This document shows positions 53,697 to 61,084 of a stretch of 64,000 nucleotides of DNA, in pieces. Where the stretch lies: positions 62,001 to 126,000 of the IMG/VR virus record IMGVR_UViG_3300040801_001224; one strand, given 5' to 3'. The position numbers and the translations under genes are program-made. The notes under the pieces are model-generated. The model did no database searches. It had not been told where the DNA came from and saw only the letters and a list, made by a program, of their open reading frames with translations. Positions within the stretch are counted from its first letter, which is position 1. The number at the start of each line of letters is the position of its first letter.

Positions 53697-55823
53697 ATGA
53701 AAAAGATACAAGAAAATGGCTTAGACATTGGTTTAGAGTCACATCAATTTCAAATGAAAGCGTCAGCTAAGGCGTTCTCAATTCTTTCAAGTGGTTTGTA
53801 TTCAAATAAAGTACAAGCTGTAATCCGTGAATTATCATGTAATGCGTATGATGCTCAAGTTGAAGCTGGTAACGCAGACCTCCCGTTCGACGTAAAACTT
53901 CCAGACAATAACTATGGCAAGGACACTTTTTATGTTCGTGACTATGGCACTGGTTTAACTGAAGAGCAGATCTACAATGTGTACACAACTTACTTTGAGT
54001 CTACTAAAACAGAATCAAACGATTATGTCGGTGCGTTAGGCTTAGGTTCCAAATCACCATTCTGTTTAACAGATTCTTTTACTGTTGAATCATTTGTTGA
54101 CGGCAAACTATTAACATTCCTGGCTTTCATTGGTAAAGAAGGTATGCCGGAAATATCTAAAGTTGGTGAAGCAGAGACTACTGAATCAAATGGTTTGAAG
54201 GTGTCTTTTGAAACTGACGCGGGTCCTGGAAAGTTTCGTCGAGAAGCCAGGAACCTTTTCAAATGGTTCCCGGTTGTGCCAAATTTCATAACAAATGAAG
54301 AATTGGCCGTTGAAACTGTTGAGCCATTGCGTACATTGAGTGACACTGTTAAGGTTTACCCGGGTAACGTATTCGGTTACGATGAGCGTATCCTTGTGAA
54401 GCAGGGCACAGTGGTTTATCCGATTCCGGAAAGCATTATGCGACAGCATTTTGCGGAATTTGAATATCTATCATCAATGAGATTGGTCATTGAAGTTGAC
54501 CTCGGTCAAGTGGATATCACTGCCAGCCGTGAGTCATTAAGTTTTGTTGAAATGACAGTCACTAACATGAAAGCTAAGTTTCAGGAAATTGACACTTTAG
54601 TTAGAGGTGCAATTACTGAAGAGCTAGATGTGCAGGAGGGTAATATCTGGAAGCTTACTGAAGCGACGGAAAGACTTGGTCATATCTACCCAAGTAGTTT
54701 AATTTGGGAACATGAAATTGTGCGTAGCCATCCACAGTATGATTCTAATGACTTTAGGTTGCCTGAAACCGAGTACCTTAATAAGAAATCTGAAACTGTT
54801 ACTATTAAAAAGTACAGCACATGGAGTAACCGCATTAAGGGCGGATCCGGCAAGGAGTATCCTTTCCATAGTACGTTTGGTAAAGAGGTGACTGTTAAGG
54901 CCAAAACAAATACTGTGTTTATGGTCAACGACACAACTCGTGGACCATTAAATGTTGCTCGAGAGTACTTGAAAAAGAACACTGTTTCACAGCTTATTGT
55001 AATTGATTACGTTAATCGTAGGAATTATTCTAAGCGTGTTGTTAACCGTATTCTGAAGGAGTTCGAGAATCCAACTAACGTAGTGTTTGTTAGTGATTTG
55101 CCTAAACCGACTCGTATGACGACTAAAATTGATCCTAAAGAGATTCGTATCCGCCAAGCAAATAATATGGACGTTCAGTATTGGGATGCAGATTGGACTA
55201 CACGTAGTTACAATGAAGAACGTGACGGTGATGCTTACTTTGTAAACCTGGAACGTTCTACTATTGTGGATGGCGACTTCGATGGAAAGATTGATGAGAT
55301 GAAGCGCATTGTGGAAAACGTATTCCCTAATTTTTACAATAAGGTTAAGGTGTGTGGTATTCCAAAAGCACAAAAGCACAAGTTGGCTAAGGCTGGCATC
55401 GAGCTTAATTCATTCATTGACTTATTGAAAGAAAAAGTTGCTGAGATTACAGTCAACGACATCCGAATTAAGTCATTCATTGACTTGCCAGATTGGGCTG
55501 ACACAGGTGAGTTTAAGAAGGCTTTTGAAAACGGTGACATCACTGAGCCTAGAGTGGTTGAGATGATGACCCGGTACACCCTTTCTTCAGCAAAGTCTAA
55601 GAATGGTGTTAGCAAGCGATACCTGAAGAACTTAGCATTAAGGTTTGGTATCGAGCTTGCTCCGGAAGTCAAAAACTTCCTGGACAAGGATCCTGAAGCT
55701 ACTGAGGATTACCGAGCCAATGTTACTGCTATTGAAGAGTCATTCCCAATGGTTAAGTTCCACAGGGCAGGTTGGAATACAGACGATGCAACAAAAGCGT
55801 TGGTGGATTACTTAAACGGATAA
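53697..55823 (+). CDS. rIIA: rIIA-like protein (GHKL/Hsp90-type ATPase N-terminus)
   Basis: KAFSILSSGLYSNKVQAVIRELSCNAYDA, VRDYGTGL, YFESTK, GALGLGSKSPF, SRESL. Confidence 0.85.
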   Translation: MKKIQENGLDIGLESHQFQMKASAKAFSILSSGLYSNKVQAVIRELSCNAYDAQVEAGNADLPFDVKLPDNNYGKDTFYVRDYGTGLTEEQIYNVYTTYFESTKTESNDYVGALGLGSKSPFCLTDSFTVESFVDGKLLTFLAFIGKEGMPEISKVGEAETTESNGLKVSFETDAGPGKFRREARNLFKWFPVVPNFITNEELAVETVEPLRTLSDTVKVYPGNVFGYDERILVKQGTVVYPIPESIMRQHFAEFEYLSSMRLVIEVDLGQVDITASRESLSFVEMTVTNMKAKFQEIDTLVRGAITEELDVQEGNIWKLTEATERLGHIYPSSLIWEHEIVRSHPQYDSNDFRLPETEYLNKKSETVTIKKYSTWSNRIKGGSGKEYPFHSTFGKEVTVKAKTNTVFMVNDTTRGPLNVAREYLKKNTVSQLIVIDYVNRRNYSKRVVNRILKEFENPTNVVFVSDLPKPTRMTTKIDPKEIRIRQANNMDVQYWDADWTTRSYNEERDGDAYFVNLERSTIVDGDFDGKIDEMKRIVENVFPNFYNKVKVCGIPKAQKHKLAKAGIELNSFIDLLKEKVAEITVNDIRIKSFIDLPDWADTGEFKKAFENGDITEPRVVEMMTRYTLSSAKSKNGVSKRYLKNLALRFGIELAPEVKNFLDKDPEATEDYRANVTAIEESFPMVKFHRAGWNTDDATKALVDYLNG

Positions 55824-55840
55824 TCATAGCGCAAAAACTT

Positions 55841-55891
55841 AACTCCTATTTGATAAATATTGTATAATAACAATATATACAGATAGGAGTT
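55841..55891 (+). promoter_or_regulatory. RBS-sequestering hairpin with a late promoter in the loop (may also terminate rIIA transcripts)
   Basis: AACTCCTAT (55841-55849) pairs with ATAGGAGTT (55883-55891); GATAAATA at 55852-55859. Confidence 0.7.
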
Positions 55892-55898
55892 TTTTTTC

Positions 55899-56693
55899 AT
55901 GTCCAGTTTTCTTGAAATCCGCAATGTTGTGGCTAAAGAAATCGACTTAAACAATTGTGATAAAAAATATGATCACAAATATTTCTTAGCATCAATGTAC
56001 TTTGCCCAGCTAGTCTATTTTCGATGGGAGTTTGTCATCTGTTCATTGAAGTCTTTACCTGGTTATGTTTCTCATGAAATATATGATATAGATGGCGTCC
56101 AAGCATTCATGGTAGAATTTGAGAAAACAGCGTGGGTGTCATTCCGTGGCACTGAAATGAAGATCAACGACTGGAAAACAATCCTTAAATTTTGGCAAAA
56201 CGACTACAATAATACTGAAGCTCATGATGGCTTTGCCAGTGCGTTGAGTAAGATCAAAGATCCCGTACTTCGAAAAATTACACAAATGCGAGTAGCTGGC
56301 AAGAGAATACATTTCGTTGGCCATTCAATGGGTGGCGCTCTAGCTACCCTGTTGGCAATTACCCATAAGCCGGAATCCTTAATTACTTTTGGTTGCCCTA
56401 GAGTACTTAAAGGTGATTACTATAAAGAATACTTTCTTTCATTCCCATTTTTTAGAATGGAAAAGCAATGGGATCCTATCACACACATTCCGTGGGCAAT
56501 GCCATTCATCACAACATATAGACATGTTGGCAAGGCGATTGAAATGCCGGGTGAATTTGCCTTCATAAAAAATCATTTCATCAAATCATATTTAAGAACA
56601 GCATTGAACGAATACTATGCTGAATCAACTGGTATCCCAACATCTTTCGCCAGAGTATCAGCAAGAGATCTAAAGCGTATAAAATCATCTTGA
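55899..56693 (+). CDS. Class 3 lipase (alpha/beta hydrolase)
   Basis: VSFRGT, HDGF, VGHSMGGALA nucleophile motif, TFGCPRV, DPITHIP. Confidence 0.9.
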   Translation: MSSFLEIRNVVAKEIDLNNCDKKYDHKYFLASMYFAQLVYFRWEFVICSLKSLPGYVSHEIYDIDGVQAFMVEFEKTAWVSFRGTEMKINDWKTILKFWQNDYNNTEAHDGFASALSKIKDPVLRKITQMRVAGKRIHFVGHSMGGALATLLAITHKPESLITFGCPRVLKGDYYKEYFLSFPFFRMEKQWDPITHIPWAMPFITTYRHVGKAIEMPGEFAFIKNHFIKSYLRTALNEYYAESTGIPTSFARVSARDLKRIKSS

Positions 56694-56718
56694 CAAAACC
56701 ACTACACTATGTTATAAT
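56690..56718 (+). promoter_or_regulatory. sigma70-type promoter with extended -10
   Basis: TTGACA (56690-56695), 17 bp, TG-N-TATAAT (56713-56718). Confidence 0.85.
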
Positions 56719-56724
56719 GTTAGT

Positions 56725-56889
56725 GTATAGAGGTAAAACTCGTGTGGACGTTCGCGGTGTAAGGGGCTCGTCGGCTGATCTCAATATGAATAACTCAACA
56801 CACCACATACATAGAAGTGTTGACGTTTCTTATAGTAGGCAAAAAACCGCATAATACATGTAAATGACCCTGAGGGTGGTTCTCTATAC
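56725..56889 (+). ncRNA. Candidate ~165-nt rod-like small RNA or structured leader
   Basis: The predicted +1 region GTATAGAG (56725-56732) pairs with CTCTATAC (56882-56889); internal helices GCGGT/ACCGC and TAAGGGGC/GTTTCTTA. Confidence 0.4.
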
Positions 56890-56939
56890 TTGACATCAGA
56901 AATGATGAGTGATCCGCCCACATATATAAAGGAACTAAT

Positions 56940-57413
56940 ATGAGTAAAGAAATCGAACGAAAGTTTTTAGTAAATCAGAAACAATTGCCAGCATTATTTG
57001 ATCCAGACTATATCATCCAGGGATATTTACATTCTGATGAAAACAAATCAATCCGAGTGCGTGTCAACAGTGATGGATATAATGCTAAAGGCACACTGAC
57101 AGTTAAGAGTCGTCGTGTAGGCTTAACCTGTGACGAATATGAATATGAAATCCACCCAGACGATGCTCAAGAAATGCTTGATAATATGTGTGACAAAACA
57201 ATGTGTAAAGAACGCTATTACATCAAGCACGATGATCATATGTGGGAGATTGACGTGTTCCAGGGTGATAGTGAAGGGCTTGTTATTGCTGAAATAGAAC
57301 TGTCTACTGAAGGTGAGAAGTTTCCATTTCCAGACTGGGTTGATGCCGAGATATCAGATGATCCCAAGTATTTGAATGTCAATTTATTGGAAAATCCTTA
57401 TAAAAATTGGTAA
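56940..57413 (+). CDS. CYTH-domain (triphosphate tunnel) enzyme, CyaB-like
   Basis: EIERKFL (ExExK), IQGYL, IRVR, EYEYEI, KERY, WEIDVF, AEIEL, PDW..EISDDPKY. Confidence 0.92.
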   Translation: MSKEIERKFLVNQKQLPALFDPDYIIQGYLHSDENKSIRVRVNSDGYNAKGTLTVKSRRVGLTCDEYEYEIHPDDAQEMLDNMCDKTMCKERYYIKHDDHMWEIDVFQGDSEGLVIAEIELSTEGEKFPFPDWVDAEISDDPKYLNVNLLENPYKNW

Positions 57414-57423
57414 TTTACATTCT

Positions 57424-57450
57424 GTAACATTCGTAACATTCGTAACACTT
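57424..57450. repeat. Three tandem 9-bp repeats upstream of flagellin
   Basis: GTAACATTC GTAACATTC GTAACACTT. Confidence 0.8.
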
Positions 57451-57498
57451 AACAGGCTCAAAATACCCGTAACCGACCCAAAACCAGGGTACTCAAAG

Positions 57499-57506
57499 CA
57501 TAAATA
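57499..57506 (+). promoter_or_regulatory. Late-promoter-like motif upstream of flagellin
   Basis: CATAAATA, one mismatch to the local GATAAATA consensus, 36 nt before the ATG. Confidence 0.5.
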
Positions 57507-57542
57507 AAAGTGTAGAGCATATATAATCGAGGAGAAAGGAAT

Positions 57543-58358
57543 ATGATTACTATTAATTCAAACACATTGGCTTCATCTATTAGTAATAACTTTAATAGTA
57601 TTAGCAAGCGCATCGATGATGTTTCACGTTCAATTGCGTCAGGCAAGAGAATTAACTCAGCTAAGGATGACCCTGCTGGCTTATTCCAAGCAAACGCATT
57701 ACGCACACAGACGAGCTCATACAACGTAGTTCGCAATAACTTAACATTTGGTACTTCACTATTGGAAACAGCAAGTTCAGCATTAAGCACAGTCGTAAAT
57801 GACTTGGGCAAGATGCGTGACCTAGCTGTCCAGGCGGCAAGTGGCACACTTTCAACAGAAGGTCGTGCGGCACTACAGGCAACATTTGCAGAATACCAGT
57901 CACAGATTGATGATACGGTATCTAACGCATCAGTATTCGGCCAGAACTTAGTTTCGGCGGCCGCGGCAGATGTTGATATCCAGTCAGGCATCAACGCAGG
58001 TCAGACAACTACCGTTACAGCGGCGGCTTCAGATGCTACGACATTGGGTGTTAATGCGTTAGACTTAACTTCAGAAGCAAATGCGTCAGCGGCTATCACA
58101 GCCATTGATACTGCTATTGCTACGGCCGGTACTAACCAGTCTACGTTTGGTGCCCAGTTAAATCGCATTGAATCAATTGACGCAAATGTGGCTAACATTG
58201 TTGAAAATTTAGAATCAGCACGTTCACGTATTGAGGATGCTGATGTAGCACAGCTAACAACAGACCTAGCACAGTTGCAGGTTCAACAGCAGTTAGCGTC
58301 AGCAATGTTAGGAATTGCTAACCAGTTACCACAGAGCTTCTTAACACTATTACGTTAA
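57543..58358 (+). CDS. fliC: Flagellin (minimal, D0/D1 only)
   Basis: SGKRINSAKDDPAG, MRDLAVQAASGT, FGAQLNR, NLESARSRIEDAD, ANQLPQSFLTLLR. Confidence 0.95.
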   Translation: MITINSNTLASSISNNFNSISKRIDDVSRSIASGKRINSAKDDPAGLFQANALRTQTSSYNVVRNNLTFGTSLLETASSALSTVVNDLGKMRDLAVQAASGTLSTEGRAALQATFAEYQSQIDDTVSNASVFGQNLVSAAAADVDIQSGINAGQTTTVTAAASDATTLGVNALDLTSEANASAAITAIDTAIATAGTNQSTFGAQLNRIESIDANVANIVENLESARSRIEDADVAQLTTDLAQLQVQQQLASAMLGIANQLPQSFLTLLR

Positions 58359-58371
58359 AGGGTGAATAACA

Positions 58372-58722
58372 ATGGACGTTGGCCAAGTTAAATCACAGTA
58401 TAGCTTAGTAGCAGGGAATAAAGGAGACATCAAACCTCCCGAGCCTCCTAAAGGAACTGCTACTGAACCGCTCGTTCGTGATTACAGCATTGAAGAGATG
58501 CAGGATTTGGCTCGGGCGGCAAATGCTTCTATGCCCAATAGTAGTATTCGTTTTAAGATTGATGAACAAGGCGAGCCGCCTATCATTGTCATTATTGATC
58601 CAGAAACAGATGAAATAGTAAGACAGATACCTCCAGAAGAGATTCAAAATATCAGAGATATGGTTGAGTCTCTTCAAAATGGAGAAAGTTACATAACTAA
58701 TTTTATAGATAGGTACGCATAA
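58372..58722 (+). CDS. flaG: FlaG-like flagellar protein
   Basis: IRFKIDE...IVIIDPETDEIVRQIPPEE; directly after flagellin. Confidence 0.88.
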   Translation: MDVGQVKSQYSLVAGNKGDIKPPEPPKGTATEPLVRDYSIEEMQDLARAANASMPNSSIRFKIDEQGEPPIIVIIDPETDEIVRQIPPEEIQNIRDMVESLQNGESYITNFIDRYA

Positions 58723-59072
58723 TGAATACAGGCATAGATGCTTATAAAAAAGTTTCAGTAGAAACATCCACTCCGGAAGATCTTTCAATGAAGGTCATTA
58801 ACAGTATCCTTTCATACATTAAGGAAGCACAACTCCTGCCATTGGAGACACCAAAGTACAAAGAGTGTTTACTTAATGCTCAGATGCTTTGTGTGGGCGC
58901 CATATTTAGTCTATCAGGCAATGAGCGCACAAAGGCTAATGTTGTACTGACTAACGTATTTGACAGTGTTCAAAGTGAACTATTGCTTGTTTTAAAAGAT
59001 GGTACCGGTGACCTAAACCAATGTAAGCGTCTACTAAGCCTATTAACTGAAAAGCCAGAATACATAGGATAG
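58722..59072 (+). CDS. fliS: FliS-like flagellin export chaperone (divergent)
   Basis: N-terminal AYKKVSVETSTPEDL motif; helical; position after fliC-flaG; TAATG coupling. Confidence 0.72.
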   Translation: MNTGIDAYKKVSVETSTPEDLSMKVINSILSYIKEAQLLPLETPKYKECLLNAQMLCVGAIFSLSGNERTKANVVLTNVFDSVQSELLLVLKDGTGDLNQCKRLLSLLTEKPEYIG

Positions 59073-59113
59073 TGATAAATAAGTGTACTAATAACCATTT
59101 AATGGAGTACACA

Positions 59114-59755
59114 ATGAAATATATATTACTTGCGATTACACTTGCCTTCACACTTATCACACAAGCAAGTGATGAAAAATCCGTTAATCAAATACCACAA
59201 GCGGCGACTAAGTCACTTGATAGGCTACTTAAATCACAAGACAACAGCGCCGAAGCTCGCTTAAAGAGACAAGTCATCCAGCTACAGAATGAACTTCGCT
59301 CAGCCAATCGAGCTTATTACGCATTGTCTAAAGAAAACGAAGATCTTAGAATTCAACTTGAAGCATCACAGCAATCTGAAGCATATGCCGAACCTGAAGA
59401 AGAATTATATACAGCTGAGCAAGTTGAAGAACTAGTCCAGAACGCACAGAACGAAGTGTGGTCAGACAGCATGATCTACAGAATTGCTGAGCGTGAATAC
59501 TTACTGGCTCAAGACAATATCGTTCATGGAAAATTTATAGTAGAAGATATGTTAGCTTCAGATTATGCTAACCTACGCTCAGTATATGGCGAAGATTTTG
59601 ATTTTAGCTCTTATGTAGGTAAAGCAGTTGAAGAGTACAGAACTTACTTTGAAGCCAGATTCCCGCGTGGTGAAGAGTTACATAAAGCAACCACTGAAAT
59701 ATTATCAGCAATGTGTACAGTGGGTCCACAAGAACCAGAATTAGGAATTGAATAA
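59114..59755 (+). CDS. Secreted/periplasmic coiled-coil protein
   Basis: MKYILLAITLAFTLITQA signal peptide; GGAG RBS; GATAAATA at 59074-59081. Confidence 0.65.
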   Translation: MKYILLAITLAFTLITQASDEKSVNQIPQAATKSLDRLLKSQDNSAEARLKRQVIQLQNELRSANRAYYALSKENEDLRIQLEASQQSEAYAEPEEELYTAEQVEELVQNAQNEVWSDSMIYRIAEREYLLAQDNIVHGKFIVEDMLASDYANLRSVYGEDFDFSSYVGKAVEEYRTYFEARFPRGEELHKATTEILSAMCTVGPQEPELGIE

Positions 59756-59758
59756 AAA

Positions 59759-60214
59759 ATGCCACCAGAAGATAACAGAGAAGGTATTCTATTAGAAATA
59801 TCACCAATACAGTTTGTGAGTGTAGTTGGAACAATAGCATCTGCTATCGTTGGCGTTACTATATATGTTGTTTTAAACTACACACCACTCAACTCGCACA
59901 CGACTCTATCACAGAAACATGATGCTCTATCAGGAAAGACTACTACGATTATCGAAGAGAACGCAAAGGTGCCAGTGGCACTGGACGTTATGTCCAGTAA
60001 AATCGTTGATCTAACCCAAGACATTGACAGCAAAATAGCAGAAGTTGAAGAAAGAAATCTAACCCTACGTAGGAATGTGTTGATACGTATCAAGGACGAC
60101 GTTGGCGGTGTTGCCAACATGAAAAAAGAACATCGTGCTGAACTACGTGACATTGAAGACATTATGCTACAGCAAGGATACTTATCCCCAGCCTCGAGGA
60201 CACAGGGCCTGTAA
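59759..60214 (+). CDS. Single-pass membrane protein with coiled coil
   Basis: IQFVSVVGTIASAIVGVTIYVVL hydrophobic helix, then a heptad-like region. Confidence 0.6.
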   Translation: MPPEDNREGILLEISPIQFVSVVGTIASAIVGVTIYVVLNYTPLNSHTTLSQKHDALSGKTTTIIEENAKVPVALDVMSSKIVDLTQDIDSKIAEVEERNLTLRRNVLIRIKDDVGGVANMKKEHRAELRDIEDIMLQQGYLSPASRTQGL

Positions 60215-60220
60215 AATAGG

Positions 60221-60249
60221 TTGACAGCACCACTTATTTGTAGTATAAT
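60221..60249 (+). promoter_or_regulatory. sigma70-type promoter
   Basis: TTGACA, 17 bp, TATAAT. Confidence 0.85.
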
Positions 60250-60366
60250 ATATACATAAATAAGGAGACTGTGTGAGACAGGTTTTCAAATACCGCCACC
60301 ACAAGATACGTAGTATACAAAAGTGGGGCAAAAATTCACCAACTAGGAAACACAAGGAGCCTAGTA

Positions 60367-60774
60367 ATGATGAAGCACAACTACATAGCAGTACTACAGG
60401 AAAGACTAAGTCGGTTTAACGGTGACATAGAAGTAACAGTTAAAGATGACTGTTTAATACTGGATGGAGTTACTCAAAAAGTACACTCAATGTTACAGCT
60501 TCAGTTTAGAGCACCGCATTATATGGATGATGTAGGAAGAACAGTTGTGCCATTTGAAGATCCTTTGGCACGTATCTTGACGAGCAACGAACACGCTCTT
60601 CTCGACGAGCTTATTGATGGCCTCTCTCTTCCCTTATTGTTAGTAAACTTTGGTATCAGAGAATATGATCCTAAAATGGGTTATATAAAATTTGTATCCG
60701 AGGAAGATATTTTCGCAATGGAGTTCCGCATGATTGAGAACGCCATTGATCATGAAGATACCTTAATGGTTTGA
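60367..60774 (+). CDS. Hypothetical protein
   Basis: 135-aa ORF with an AAGGAG RBS. Confidence 0.6.
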   Translation: MMKHNYIAVLQERLSRFNGDIEVTVKDDCLILDGVTQKVHSMLQLQFRAPHYMDDVGRTVVPFEDPLARILTSNEHALLDELIDGLSLPLLLVNFGIREYDPKMGYIKFVSEEDIFAMEFRMIENAIDHEDTLMV

Positions 60775-60880
60775 TAAATATTCGTATACACCTGCCTTAG
60801 GACCGGTGTGTGCGACACCTGCAAGGAATACTGATTCGCTACCAGGAAAACAGAGTGGTGTGACAGAGGGAGAGACCCAT

Positions 60881-61084
60881 ATGATAGAAAGAATAAATTT
60901 CAAAGAGTTGAACGACTGGTTCGACATCCCCCTCAAAAAAGATATCACTAAAAAAGAATTTGAAGAAATATACAATTGGGTAGAGGAAAACGCAGAATAC
61001 GATTATATTGTTGGTTTCGCGTATGTGAGTTTTCAAGATGAACAAGACGCCTTTACCTTTAGTATGAATTTTGGAGTAGGATAA
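60881..61084 (+). CDS. Small hypothetical protein
   Basis: GGGAG RBS, start MIERIN; SFQDEQDAFTFSMNF C-terminus. Confidence 0.6.
   Translation: MIERINFKELNDWFDIPLKKDITKKEFEEIYNWVEENAEYDYIVGFAYVSFQDEQDAFTFSMNFGVG

Noticed and set aside
56890-56918. Additional sigma70 promoter at TTGACA 56890
   Set aside because: No -10 hexamer at a 16-18 bp spacing.
57414-57542. sigma28 (FliA) promoter for flagellin
   Set aside because: No TAAA-N15-GCCGATAA match; ACCGAC at about 57472 lacks a correctly spaced -35.
57543-59072. Interpreting the window as a bacterial chromosome segment with a flagellar operon
   Set aside because: The flanks are T4-like phage genes with phage promoter motifs, and fliD and all basal-body/export genes are absent. 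A chimeric assembly cannot be fully excluded without reads.
60273-60419. 48-aa GTG-start basic ORF after the 60221 promoter
   Set aside because: It has an AAGGAG RBS but overlaps the next gene out of frame by ~50 nt and has no recognisable features; left uncalled.
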